64,000 nt of DNA, taken from contig CAWAOD010000016.1 of NCBI GenBank assembly GCA_963783575.1, positions 253,153 through 317,152 on the forward strand. Reading direction: 5' to 3'. The stretch comes from an uncultured Spirochaetota bacterium. Lineage in GTDB: Bacteria > Spirochaetota > Brevinematia > Brevinematales > JAOACQ01. The position numbers were made by a program, and so were the translations under genes. Under the pieces are notes generated by a model that was not told the origin of the DNA, made no database searches, and worked only from the letters and a program-made list of their open reading frames with translations. This document shows, one piece after another, positions 10,349 through 19,982 of the stretch (positions are counted from its first letter, which is position 1; each line of letters begins with the position of its first letter).

Positions 10349-12039
10349 CAGACTGTGTGAAAACTCAGTAAAATTTTATAGTAAAATCGATTAATTATAC
10401 AAAAACTCCATTTTTTGATATATTTTTCAAGCTAAAAAAATCTTAGTTTAAAAAATCTATCCGAATACGATAAACGATGGTTTATTAGCATCAAACCAGA
10501 GTCATAAGTCTCTTTATTCCCAATATATTCAATACTTTTATTAAATTATGAATGAATCCTGCCAAACTGGATTCCGTCAGAACGCCATCCTTTCCCTTCA
10601 TTAAAAAATAACTGTAACCCATATTCCTTTTTATCGATCCAAATGGATGTTCACATATCTCTTTCCTTTTCTCTATGATCTTTTTCCCGGCTTCAGAACG
10701 AATTTTCCTCTTGAAGTTCTCAATTTCTTCTTTTCTAACTGGTACTTTGATACTTCGTCCTTCCACGCTTTCAGTACACTTATTTCTTACTTCACATTGG
10801 CTGCATAAGCCGCACTTGTACCTGACTATCTCTTTTCCTCCATTGACCTTCTCTACTTTTTTCCCATTTCTCACTAATGGGTTTCCCTCCGGACAATAAT
10901 AAACATTTTGTCCCGGATCATATTTGAATTTATCAACCTGGTATTCTTCAGCAGGTACTCCTTTATTATCTTCTTTGCCTCGAATCCTTGCCTTATGTCC
11001 GTCATCCGGATTCGGCATATATACGTTATGTCCCTTATCTATACATTCCAGTATCTGCGGTTCGCTGTAATAACCGGCATCCGATACTTTGACCGTTTCA
11101 GTCTCTACCTTAAGCTCGTCCTTTATTTCTTCTACTCGGTCACACATTCCTGCCATCTGTTTGATATCATTGTTTTCATTCGTCACATCAATCGCCACAA
11201 TCAGTTTATTCGCATCATCTACTGCCATCTGCAGATTATATGCAATGTCGGATTTCCCTTTATCATTCATAAACCGGCTTTCCGGGTCATTTGAATAATA
11301 TTTCTCCATTTCAGGATTTCCCTCAAAAATCTTTTTAATAGCCTCAACTTTATCCTTTTTTGTTTTCATTTTCTTTAAACGTTCCGCTATCTTTCCGGAA
11401 AGAAATTCAAATTCATTCTTTTCTTCCTTATCGTTCTTATCCATCTCATTCAAATATTCTTCGATCTTTTGATCTATTCTATGTATGATTTCTTCTATGT
11501 TTTTCCTATGATAAACATTGTTATTGTGGTTTTGCGCACTGATCTTGGTTCCATCAATTCCAACAACGTCAAATGATAAAAGCCCGGCTTTATGACATAT
11601 CTTCAAAAATTCTCTGAATATCGACTGTATTCCCTTCTTATTATCTTTCCTGAAGTCGGCAATCGTCTTGAAATCCGGCGCTAGTCGTCCAGTCAGCCAC
11701 ATCAACTCTGTGTTTCTTCGGCACTCTCTCTCTAATTTCCTGCTTGTCCTGATTTTATTCAAATATCCGTAAATATAGATTTTTAAAAGTATTTCGGATT
11801 TATATGAACTTCTGCCGGTTGATGCTTCTTTTACTTTAAAACCAACTCCTTTCATATTTAGCTTATCAACAAAAATATCTATAAACCTTACCGGATCTTC
11901 TTCTCCTAACAGATCTTCCAGTGTTTCATTGAACAGAACTATCTGATCCCTTGATTCTCCCTCAATATGCTTCATCTCTTACTCCGATTATTTTTGTTCT
12001 AATAATTATAGCATATTTACTGTGTTTTCACACAGTCTG
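10349..12039 (-). mobile_element. IS1182-family insertion sequence, 1691 bp
   Basis: Terminal IR CAGACTGTGTGAAAAC(T/A)CAGTAAA (23/24 match); TTG duplication on both sides; a single transposase ORF. Confidence 0.92.
10491..11975 (-). CDS. IS1182-family DDE transposase
   Basis: IYIYGY..SRKLE, PDFKTIADFRK, IDGTK, DAGY, YYCPEG and EHPFGSIK motifs. Confidence 0.93.
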   Translation of the reverse strand: MKHIEGESRDQIVLFNETLEDLLGEEDPVRFIDIFVDKLNMKGVGFKVKEASTGRSSYKSEILLKIYIYGYLNKIRTSRKLERECRRNTELMWLTGRLAPDFKTIADFRKDNKKGIQSIFREFLKICHKAGLLSFDVVGIDGTKISAQNHNNNVYHRKNIEEIIHRIDQKIEEYLNEMDKNDKEEKNEFEFLSGKIAERLKKMKTKKDKVEAIKKIFEGNPEMEKYYSNDPESRFMNDKGKSDIAYNLQMAVDDANKLIVAIDVTNENNDIKQMAGMCDRVEEIKDELKVETETVKVSDAGYYSEPQILECIDKGHNVYMPNPDDGHKARIRGKEDNKGVPAEEYQVDKFKYDPGQNVYYCPEGNPLVRNGKKVEKVNGGKEIVRYKCGLCSQCEVRNKCTESVEGRSIKVPVRKEEIENFKRKIRSEAGKKIIEKRKEICEHPFGSIKRNMGYSYFLMKGKDGVLTESSLAGFIHNLIKVLNILGIKRLMTLV

Positions 12040-12170
12040 TTGACGAATGGGTGACAAGTTTTTATGTAATTATAGTCATTCTTCGTCAAGCTCAGTATGA
12101 CGCTTATGGCATAAATTAGTTTTTAGAACTGCCCATAAATAAATTTTTAATAACTATTTTTAAAATTTAC

Positions 12171-12225
12171 TTGACAATCTGAAATTTTTATGGTATTCTA
12201 TATCATACTAATTATATAGGAATAA
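12171..12225 (+). promoter_or_regulatory. Sigma70-type promoter and possible Rrf2 operator
   Basis: TTGACA (12171), 17-bp spacer, TATTCT with an upstream TG. It is followed by the AT-rich imperfect palindrome ATACTAATTATATAGGAAT. Confidence 0.55.
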
Positions 12226-12245
12226 TATAATATTAGGAACCTGGA

Positions 12246-12680
12246 ATGAAATTATCTACAAAATCAAGATACGGCGTCAGGCTGATGCTTGAGCTTGCAG
12301 TGAATTATCAAAGGGGATATGTCCAGCTTAATGAAATAGCAAAAAATCAAAACATTCCCGGGAAATATTCCGAGCAGATTATCAGCCAGTTAAAATCGGC
12401 AGGCCTGGTGCAGTCACAGAGAGGCGCAATGGGAGGATATATTCTTTCAAAAAATCCCTCTGAAATTAATCTGGAGAATATTGTTGAAATACTTGAGGGA
12501 AATTTATCGCTATTGGATTGTCTTGAAGACGGCCTTTGCGAAAAAAACGGAATGTGCCCATCTCAAAACGTATGGAGAAAGCTGTCAATTGCAATGACTG
12601 AGACGCTTGAAAATATTACGCTTGAGAATATGCTGGATGATTATAAAATTCTAAATAATATGCTTACTTTTGATATTTAA
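12246..12680 (+). CDS. Rrf2-family transcriptional regulator (CymR/IscR-like)
   Basis: MKLSTKSRYG and SQRGAMGGY motifs, three C-terminal Cys; first gene of a cysteine/methionine cluster. Confidence 0.9.
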   Translation: MKLSTKSRYGVRLMLELAVNYQRGYVQLNEIAKNQNIPGKYSEQIISQLKSAGLVQSQRGAMGGYILSKNPSEINLENIVEILEGNLSLLDCLEDGLCEKNGMCPSQNVWRKLSIAMTETLENITLENMLDDYKILNNMLTFDI

Positions 12681-12722
12681 ATTATTTTATTATGCTAACA
12701 GACGGTAGAATTATAAAATAAA

Positions 12723-12878
12723 CAGTTTTTTATACCCCGGTATCCGGCCTGAGAAACTGCAGATTGTAATTTTATAGAAGTGATAAAAAAAAATAGTTAA
12801 CAAGTGGTTTAATTCAAGATATGCAGATAAGTGAAATAATCTAATGAAATCACTTCCATAAAATTACAATAAGGAGGA
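12723..12878 (+). promoter_or_regulatory. Structured leader copy 1 (upstream of cysK)
   Basis: Near-duplicate of 13872-14028; 22-bp inverted repeat 12763-12784 / 12849-12870 abuts the SD AAGGAGG. Confidence 0.65.
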
Positions 12879-12883
12879 ATCAT

Positions 12884-13807
12884 ATGAAAGTCGCGAATAG
12901 CATTACGGATTTAATCGGTAATACGCCGCTTGTCAGGCTGAATAAACTTGCGGAGGGCCTGCAGGCTGAAGTACTGCTGAAACTGGAGTTTTTTAACCCG
13001 CTTTCCAGTATAAAGGATAGAATCGGTCTCGCTATGATCGAAGACACTGAAAAGCGCGGATTGATCAAAAAAGATACCGTTATAATCGAACCGACAAGCG
13101 GTAATACGGGAATAGCCCTGGCATTTGTCTGCGCGGCAAAAGGTTACAGGCTTATACTTGCAATGCCTGAAACATTCAGCCTTGAAAGAAGAAAGCTCCT
13201 GAAGATATTTGGGGCCGAACTTATTTTAACTGAAGGGGCAAAAGGAATGGCTGGCGCCGTCGAAAAGGCGGAGGAACTACTGAAGCAGTTTCCTTCGGCT
13301 TTTATGCCACAGCAGTTCAAGAATCCTGCAAATCCGGAAATTCATAGGAAAACCACTGCCGAAGAAATCTGGAAAGACACCGAAGGTAAAGTGGACTTCC
13401 TTGTGGCGGGGATCGGCACAGGCGGCTCACTAACCGGTATAAGTGAAGTAATCAAAAGCAGAAAACCAGGTTTTAGGACCATAGCGGTTGAGCCGTCGGA
13501 TTCGCCGATTTTATCGGGGGGAAAACCGGGACCGCATAAAATACAGGGCATAGGACCGAACTTTATTCCGGAGGTTCTTAATACCAAAATCATCGATGAG
13601 GTGATACAGGTAAAACATGAAGATGCTGGGGCAACATCCAGGCTTTTAGCAAAAAAGGAAGGCATTCTGGCCGGGATTTCTTCCGGGGCAAATGTATGGG
13701 CAGCTATCCAGGTTGCTAAAAGACCGGATAATAAAGGGAAAACTATTATTACCATTATTCCTGACACGGGAGAAAGGTATCTCAGCACCTGGCTTTTTGA
13801 TGAATAG
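12884..13807 (+). CDS. cysK: Cysteine synthase A (O-acetylserine sulfhydrylase)
   Basis: IGNTPLV, SIKDRIG (PLP Lys), [21 protein letters not shown] and GERYLST motifs. Confidence 0.97.
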   Translation: MKVANSITDLIGNTPLVRLNKLAEGLQAEVLLKLEFFNPLSSIKDRIGLAMIEDTEKRGLIKKDTVIIEPTSGNTGIALAFVCAAKGYRLILAMPETFSLERRKLLKIFGAELILTEGAKGMAGAVEKAEELLKQFPSAFMPQQFKNPANPEIHRKTTAEEIWKDTEGKVDFLVAGIGTGGSLTGISEVIKSRKPGFRTIAVEPSDSPILSGGKPGPHKIQGIGPNFIPEVLNTKIIDEVIQVKHEDAGATSRLLAKKEGILAGISSGANVWAAIQVAKRPDNKGKTIITIIPDTGERYLSTWLFDE

Positions 13808-13871
13808 TGACTGAGTAACTTCCATAATAGTTGTTAAGTTTTGATAAGCTTAACATCAATGATATACAGCC

Positions 13872-14028
13872 GCAGTTTTTTTACACCCCGGTATTCGGCC
13901 TGAGAAAAACTGCAGAATTTTATGGAAGTGACAAAAAAAACAATAGTTAACAAGGTGATTAATTCAGGATATACAAATAAGTGAAATAATCTAATGAAGT
14001 CACTTCCATAAAATTACAATAAGGAGGA
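13872..14028 (+). promoter_or_regulatory. Structured leader copy 2 (upstream of metY)
   Basis: Hairpin GCAGTTTTT/AAAAACTGC; perfect 17-bp inverted repeat 13916-13932 / 13999-14015 just before the SD. Confidence 0.65.
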
Positions 14029-14035
14029 AAATAAA

Positions 14036-15334
14036 ATGAGTGATTTTAGCCTTGAAAAGGCGGGGTTTGATACCCAAGCACTGCACGCAGGGCAGAAAGT
14101 TGATGAAACCACATCGAGAGGAGTCCCGATTTACAGGACAAGCTCCTTTATATTCAAGAGTGCGGAACATGCCGCCAATTTGTTTGGTTTGAAGGAATTT
14201 GGCAATATTTATACCCGCCTTACAAATCCAACGAATTCCGTCCTTGAGGAGCGAATTACCAAACTTGAAGGAGGAGCTGCGTCGGTATCGGTATCATCAG
14301 GAACAAGCGGAGTTTTTTATGCAATCATCAATCTGGCAAAAGTAGGCGATGAAATTGTGTCGGCATCAAACCTTTACGGAGGCACATATACGATGTTCGA
14401 CGCAATTCTTCCCGACCTCGGGATTACCGTCAAATTTGCAGATCATAAAGACCCGTTAAGCTTTGAGAAATTGATCACCCCAAAAACACGGGCTCTGTTT
14501 ATTGAAACGATCGGCAACCCGGTGCTTGACTTTACGGATATTGGCGCGATATCTGCTGTGGCAAAAAAGCATCATATTCCCTTGATTGTTGACGCTACCT
14601 TTACTACACCTTATTTGTTCAGATCAATCGAGCATGGCGCAAACATAGTGGTTAACTCGCTAACAAAATGGATAGGCGGCCATGGTACGGCGATCGGCGG
14701 GATTGTAACCGATGCCGGCAATTTCGACTGGTCTGATAAGAAATTCACACTTTTTAACGAGCCCGACAAAAATTATCATGGACTGCGCTGGGCGATTGAC
14801 CTGGATAATTCCCTCAAGCCGATCGCATACGCTTTAAGGTTCAGGACCGTTCCTCTCCGCAACCTTGGCGCATGTTTAGCGCCGGATAATTCGTGGATAT
14901 TTCTTCAGGGAACTGAAACGCTTCATGTAAGAATGCCAAGGCACAGTGAAAACGCACTTGCAGTGGCCGAATTCCTGAAAAAGCATCCGAAAGTTTCCTG
15001 GGTTCGATATCCGGGACTGAAAGATGACCCAACATATCCTATAGCCAGCAAGTATTTGAAAAAGGGGTTCGGAGGGATGGTTGTATTCGGAGTAAAGGGA
15101 GGCAGACCAGCTGGGGAAAAACTGATCGAAAGCCTGAAATTGTTTTCACACCTCGCGAATGTCGGCGATGCAAAGTCGCTGGCGCTACATCCGGCCAGCA
15201 CATCACACTCCCAGCTTTCCGAGGAACAGCAGAAAGAAGGCGGTCTGACACCTGATCTTGTAAGGTTATCAATTGGGTTGGAAAATATCGGCGATATCAA
15301 AGCCGATCTGGACCAGGCTTTGGCGAAAGCTTAA
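14036..15334 (+). CDS. metY: O-acetylhomoserine aminocarboxypropyltransferase/sulfhydrylase
   Basis: GNIYTRLTNPT, YGGT, SLTKWIGGHG and HLANVGDAKSLALHPASTSHSQL motifs. Confidence 0.92.
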   Translation: MSDFSLEKAGFDTQALHAGQKVDETTSRGVPIYRTSSFIFKSAEHAANLFGLKEFGNIYTRLTNPTNSVLEERITKLEGGAASVSVSSGTSGVFYAIINLAKVGDEIVSASNLYGGTYTMFDAILPDLGITVKFADHKDPLSFEKLITPKTRALFIETIGNPVLDFTDIGAISAVAKKHHIPLIVDATFTTPYLFRSIEHGANIVVNSLTKWIGGHGTAIGGIVTDAGNFDWSDKKFTLFNEPDKNYHGLRWAIDLDNSLKPIAYALRFRTVPLRNLGACLAPDNSWIFLQGTETLHVRMPRHSENALAVAEFLKKHPKVSWVRYPGLKDDPTYPIASKYLKKGFGGMVVFGVKGGRPAGEKLIESLKLFSHLANVGDAKSLALHPASTSHSQLSEEQQKEGGLTPDLVRLSIGLENIGDIKADLDQALAKA

Positions 15335-15365
15335 ATCTTATCAATTCATAAATAAATTCTGTATA

Positions 15366-15395
15366 ATCCGCCGGATATTTTCCGGCGGATAATTA
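15366..15395. terminator. Probable intrinsic terminator between convergent genes
   Basis: ATCCGCCGGA-N5-TCCGGCGGAT hairpin with AT-rich flanks. Confidence 0.7.
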
Positions 15396-15492
15396 TTTTG
15401 ATTATATCAAAATAATTTTCAAATAAAGTTATGTCGAGCCAGTTTGCTTCAGAACTTTTTTGTTTATGTTTTTACCAATCTCAAAAATGAGA

Positions 15493-16275
15493 TTACTTTT
15501 TCATAAACATTGCGGATATCCCGGTTACAAGTAATCTTGGTGTCAATCTCAGACTAAATATCAACCACCAGTTCAGTAATCCAGTGATCACATAAGATTT
15601 TTTTTGTGCAAGCGCCCTGTAGCCGATATTCGCCACTTTATTTGCGTCCATTGCAAGGTATTTAAAATAAGGTGTTGCTTCAATATCCGCTTTTTTCGCG
15701 AATTCAGTCACCGTTGCTCCGGGACACAACGCTGTAATGCAAACACCGCAAGATCGAAGTTCATAACCGATTGCTTCACTTAAACTAAGGATATAGGCCT
15801 TAGTTGCACAATATACTGCGTTATATGGATTGGGTGCAAATGCTCCTGTGGAAGCCAGGTTTAATATCCATCCCCGTTGCTTCCGCTTCATATCCTCAGA
15901 AAAAAGGCGGCATAATACGGATGGTACTTCCAGATTGACTGTGATTAAACCTTTAATATCATTCATTCTTGAATATGCAAAATCACCGTATACCTGATAT
16001 CCGGCATTATTAACAAGGATATCAATTCCGCCTTTTTTCTGTACCTCGTAAAATAATTTATCCGGGGCACCTTCTTCCAGTAAATCCACTGCAATAATCT
16101 CAACGTTAACCTGATATATTTCCCTGATATTCCGTGCGGTATCCTCGAGAACTGCTGCATTTCTGCCGTGTAGTATAAGTGAATGACAACTTTTTGCAAA
16201 GCGATAAGCGAGAGCCAATCCAATACCGCTGGTTGCCCCTGTTATTAATGCTCTTCCCTGTAAAATTTTTTTCAC
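15493..16275 (-). CDS. Short-chain dehydrogenase/reductase
   Basis: TGATSGIG, NNAG and YCATK motifs. Confidence 0.92.
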   Translation of the reverse strand: MKKILQGRALITGATSGIGLALAYRFAKSCHSLILHGRNAAVLEDTARNIREIYQVNVEIIAVDLLEEGAPDKLFYEVQKKGGIDILVNNAGYQVYGDFAYSRMNDIKGLITVNLEVPSVLCRLFSEDMKRKQRGWILNLASTGAFAPNPYNAVYCATKAYILSLSEAIGYELRSCGVCITALCPGATVTEFAKKADIEATPYFKYLAMDANKVANIGYRALAQKKSYVITGLLNWWLIFSLRLTPRLLVTGISAMFMKK

Positions 16276-16288
16276 AATAATCCTCCTT

Positions 16289-16315
16289 TATATAATGACC
16301 ATTGGTCATTATATA
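16289..16315. promoter_or_regulatory. TetR-type operator upstream of the SDR gene
   Basis: Perfect palindrome TATATAATGACCA-T-TGGTCATTATATA; its core is repeated at 16981-16999. Confidence 0.8.
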
Positions 16316-16324
16316 GTAAAAAAA

Positions 16325-16966
16325 TTAACTTTTATGATATCCTGCAATAACAAGTTTTAAAGCAGCACTAAGCGAATGGTTAAAATCAATCTTAAAAACT
16401 GCCATTTCAGGTATTTCAATCACCTTACGTACATTCTTTGCCGGTTCTGCCATACTCTGATAACCGGTAATTAACGCTTGAAACAAAACTAGAAATTCAG
16501 CTCCTTCTCCTTTTTTCATACCCGGTATTATCTTTTCAATAATTGATCCCATAAGCTGAATTTCAAATAATAAAAACTTCTTAAACTGATACGCCAGTTT
16601 ATAAGAAATATTTTCCTCTAATACCGAATGCATTATCCGGAGAAGTTTCGGAAATTCTTTTCTCAATGACAGCCCTTCAACCAAAATACCAACCAGTTCA
16701 TCCGAATGTCCTATTGGAAGAGTCTTAATGTTTTTTTTAATCCAGTCGAAATATTCACGATAACAGGCGCTTACTACACTAAAAAACAATTCTTCTTTTG
16801 TCTGGAAATACAAAAAAAATGTCCCCTTCGCAATACCGGCATTCTTTGTTATACTGGCAACTGTTACTCTCTGGTATTCTGTCAGCGCGAATAAATCCAT
16901 AGCTGAAGAGATTATAGCCTGACTCCTGCTTTCCCGCTCCTCTGCGGATAATGTTTTTCGGGGCAT
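16325..16966 (-). CDS. TetR/AcrR-family regulator
   Basis: AGIAKGTFFLYFQTKEEL HTH. Start set at ATG 16966 because of the AAGGAG RBS; the upstream ATG at 16990 lies inside the operator. Confidence 0.88.
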   Translation of the reverse strand: MPRKTLSAEERESRSQAIISSAMDLFALTEYQRVTVASITKNAGIAKGTFFLYFQTKEELFFSVVSACYREYFDWIKKNIKTLPIGHSDELVGILVEGLSLRKEFPKLLRIMHSVLEENISYKLAYQFKKFLLFEIQLMGSIIEKIIPGMKKGEGAEFLVLFQALITGYQSMAEPAKNVRKVIEIPEMAVFKIDFNHSLSAALKLVIAGYHKS

Positions 16967-16980
16967 CTCCTTTCCTCTAT

Positions 16981-16999
16981 ATATGACCATTGGTCATAT
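16981..16999. promoter_or_regulatory. TetR autoregulatory operator
   Basis: Palindrome ATATGACCA-T-TGGTCATAT. Confidence 0.8.
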
Positions 17000-17080
17000 T
17001 ATAATTAAAATCTTTTCTTATGTCAAGCAATTCTGTTAAATTTTAATATATACTAGCCGGAAATAAATTTTCAAAAACTA

Positions 17081-17129
17081 TTGACAAGGGATTAAAAATT
17101 TGATATACTTAGTAAGTACTAAGTAAGTA
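17081..17129 (+). promoter_or_regulatory. Promoter with overlapping operator for the second TetR gene
   Basis: TTGACA-17bp-TATACT, overlapped by the palindrome TACTTAGT-N4-ACTAAGTA. Confidence 0.7.
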
Positions 17130-17139
17130 TGGAGAAAAT

Positions 17140-17745
17140 ATGTCTTCTGAAAAAAGAATGAGCAGGGAAGAAAGAAGTTTACAAATTATTACCGTCGGAG
17201 AGAAGATTTTTCTGGAAAAGGGATTTAACCTTACTGCGAAAGACATTGCGGAAAAGATTGGCATTAGCGAAACTATGATCTATACAATCTTTCCTAATAA
17301 AAAAAAGATTATTGATGCTATATATGACCACCATTTTCGTGATAAAGCCGGTAGGATTAAAACCGGCGAGTTTGGGCCGGACTACAAAGAAAGGCTCACA
17401 ATCTATATGTTTTATTTTCTCAAAGCGATATATACTGAAAATACGATGGAAATGCTTCTTCTTTACTCGCTGGAGAAGTCGAAAAATAAGCCTGATTTCG
17501 CAATATTGGGAAAGATAATCCCGGGTATGATAAAACCCATGGAAAATTATCTTGCATCCGGAGTTGAAAAAGGCTATCTCCGTGAAATCGATCCGGTTTC
17601 GGCCACGGACTTTATTCATAACAGTGTTTTCAATTTTGTTTTTCTGCATTTATTTTTTTATAAAGAAAGATATTCAGATGAAGAACTAAAAAAAATCATA
17701 GGAGGCTTTGTTGATCTAATTTTAAATGGGATTTTAAAAAAATAA
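17140..17745 (+). CDS. TetR/AcrR-family regulator
   Basis: AKDIAEKIGISETMIYTIFPNK HTH. Confidence 0.88.
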   Translation: MSSEKRMSREERSLQIITVGEKIFLEKGFNLTAKDIAEKIGISETMIYTIFPNKKKIIDAIYDHHFRDKAGRIKTGEFGPDYKERLTIYMFYFLKAIYTENTMEMLLLYSLEKSKNKPDFAILGKIIPGMIKPMENYLASGVEKGYLREIDPVSATDFIHNSVFNFVFLHLFFYKERYSDEELKKIIGGFVDLILNGILKK

Positions 17746-17879
17746 CAATTTGCAAAATTTAAATTATTTAAATTCATTTGATAAATCCGAATTACAAGTT
17801 ATATGTTGCACCGGAAAATACAATATAATATCGTATTATCTATATATATAGATAATACTATAATTTAAGGAGATAAATT

Positions 17880-18608
17880 ATGATAAGAATATCTTTAATG
17901 TTTCTATTTTTCTCAGTCGCTCTAACGGTCAGCCTGTTCGCAGAAGATTCGCCGGACGGACTGATTAAGAAATCGGATGCTGTGTTATACGGGCAGTCCT
18001 TTACAGCCGATCTGGAGATCAGCGTATATAAAAACGGACAGTTGGATCAAACAACCCGTATGCAGGCTTTTTTAAAAGGAAATCATAAAATGATTCTCAT
18101 CTATTTTTACCCGACCCGAGATAAAGACCGCGCATTGCTGAAAGACGGTGATGATTTATGGCTATATATGCCCTCGAACAGGAAATTTCTGAAAATCGGT
18201 TCCCGCCAGAGAATGGGTGAGAGCGATTTCAATTACGGTGATATCCTGAATGTAAATCTTTCCGAGGATTATGATGCTAAAATAATATCAGAGACCAACA
18301 TCCAGGATCAGCCTTCATATGAATTGGAACTGCTGGCCAAGACCCCCGAGGTTACTTATGCGAAAATTATCTGTTTTATACGGAAAGCCGATCTGGCGCC
18401 GGTTAAAAGGGAATTTTATACCAAAACTGATAAGCTGATGAAGGAGATGGTTTTTGCGGATTACCAGGGAGTGCGACCAATGAAGTTCATTATGAGCGGG
18501 ACTCTGAACAAAACGGAGTATTCCACAATGGTGTTTTCAAATTTGAAGTTAAACGTTGCTCTTGAAGATGAGATGTTCACCAAATCTTTTATTGAAAGAA
18601 GAAGATAA
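17880..18608 (+). CDS. Outer-membrane lipoprotein-sorting (LolA-like) protein
   Basis: Signal peptide; PTRDK..LLK.GDDLWLYMP and GESDFNYGD pattern. Confidence 0.8.
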   Translation: MIRISLMFLFFSVALTVSLFAEDSPDGLIKKSDAVLYGQSFTADLEISVYKNGQLDQTTRMQAFLKGNHKMILIYFYPTRDKDRALLKDGDDLWLYMPSNRKFLKIGSRQRMGESDFNYGDILNVNLSEDYDAKIISETNIQDQPSYELELLAKTPEVTYAKIICFIRKADLAPVKREFYTKTDKLMKEMVFADYQGVRPMKFIMSGTLNKTEYSTMVFSNLKLNVALEDEMFTKSFIERRR

Positions 18609-18625
18609 GGATTAAGAGAATTGCT

Positions 18626-19960
18626 ATGAGAAAATATCTTATTATAATACTGATTCTTACATTAAAAGCATTGGCTTTTCCGGTAAATTTCAGCGGAAGC
18701 TTAAGCCTGGAGTCTTATTATCAGTCGGTATCAAATATAAGCCTTTTGAACCGTGATGATATCCTTGAATTACCTGCTTGGAATTACCTGGTCTCTTTTA
18801 AAACAAAGGTGTCGGATCAGCTTTTTACTGCGCAAAATCATTATTACTTGAAAGTAAGGGGTTACATAAACTTCAGCTCGACTTATGACAGCTTTTCAAA
18901 CAACTATACGAATCAGGAGGGGAGCCTTTTGTTCGGAGCCGATGAGTTTTATCTGGATTATGAAGCGTTCCCCTGGCTTTATTTTCTGGCGGGTAAGGAA
19001 AGGACAATATGGGGAAACGGTCTTCTCTTCAACCCGATGGATATTATCAATCCGAAAAAAGACAGATTCAATCCCATTCATGATGAAGAAGGGGCAATGA
19101 TGTTTAAAACAGTATTACAGGGCGAAAATCTATCCGCAAGCATTTATGTTCTTCCGGATTTTATCGATTCCACCAATCGCTTTGAATATATGAATACGGC
19201 AGCGGCCGGAAAGTTATCGGCGGATATTTTTGATATCGAATTTAATCTTTATTATTATGAAAGTTTTGATAAGGGGCAGGAAATAAATGCTTTGCCGAAA
19301 TACGGACTTACTTTAAATTACCTTGTTCCCGGCTGGGATATGAATCTTTACACCGATTGGCTCAATGATAGGGAAAATACTTATACCTATTATAAGGACA
19401 GTGGCAATAATTATGAAAGCTATAATAAAAACAATCTGGATGCTATATCAGGGATAATAGGCCTGTCCTATAACAAAAATTTTGGAATTCAATTCAGTAT
19501 CGCCGCGGAATACTTTTACAATGGCGAAGGGTGCAATCCCAATGAGAAAAAGAATTATTTTAATTATCTGAAAAGTAATTATGATGAGCTGGACAGGATA
19601 AAAAATAAGAGCGGTATTTATGAAAATTTGCCTTCATCATCCTTAGCCGGTATACAGGAACAGAGGATCGGTATCATTAAATCGACGATAGGCATGAATG
19701 ACGATTTTTATCTTAACCGCCATTACCTGGGTATTAATCTGGTATTGTCGGATATTTTCAGTTTTCTGGATTTAAAAAGTTATGTTATGACTTCGCTTCC
19801 GGATATGGATATCTTTACCTATCAGGAAGCCCAGCTTAATTTTTGGGATAATTTTAATATTGTTTTATATAGCCTGATTGCCGGCGGAAACTCTTATTCC
19901 CAATATGGGAATAATTATTTTAATTACAGCATCGGAAATAAGATCAGTTTTATATTCTAA
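18626..19960 (+). CDS. Probable outer-membrane beta-barrel protein
   Basis: Signal peptide, AGKERTIWG..FNPMD, aromatic-rich, terminal Phe; typical neighbour of LolA-like genes. Confidence 0.65.
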   Translation: MRKYLIIILILTLKALAFPVNFSGSLSLESYYQSVSNISLLNRDDILELPAWNYLVSFKTKVSDQLFTAQNHYYLKVRGYINFSSTYDSFSNNYTNQEGSLLFGADEFYLDYEAFPWLYFLAGKERTIWGNGLLFNPMDIINPKKDRFNPIHDEEGAMMFKTVLQGENLSASIYVLPDFIDSTNRFEYMNTAAAGKLSADIFDIEFNLYYYESFDKGQEINALPKYGLTLNYLVPGWDMNLYTDWLNDRENTYTYYKDSGNNYESYNKNNLDAISGIIGLSYNKNFGIQFSIAAEYFYNGEGCNPNEKKNYFNYLKSNYDELDRIKNKSGIYENLPSSSLAGIQEQRIGIIKSTIGMNDDFYLNRHYLGINLVLSDIFSFLDLKSYVMTSLPDMDIFTYQEAQLNFWDNFNIVLYSLIAGGNSYSQYGNNYFNYSIGNKISFIF

Positions 19961-19982
19961 GTCATATTATGGGAGGGAGTAA

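Larger units (their letters stand above)
10309..12134. mobile_element. MITE family B, copy 1 (interrupted by IS1182)
   Basis: TIR GGGCAGTTCCAAAAACT / AGTTTTTAGAACTGCCC; 4-bp flanking duplication ATAA (10305-10308, 12135-12138); internal sequence matches 37806-37960. Confidence 0.85.

Noticed and set aside
12723..12760. TPP riboswitch (CTGAGA motif) or a leader peptide in the cysK/metY leaders
   Set aside because: The other TPP elements are absent or in the wrong order. A short ORF exists in copy 2 but has no in-frame start in copy 1.
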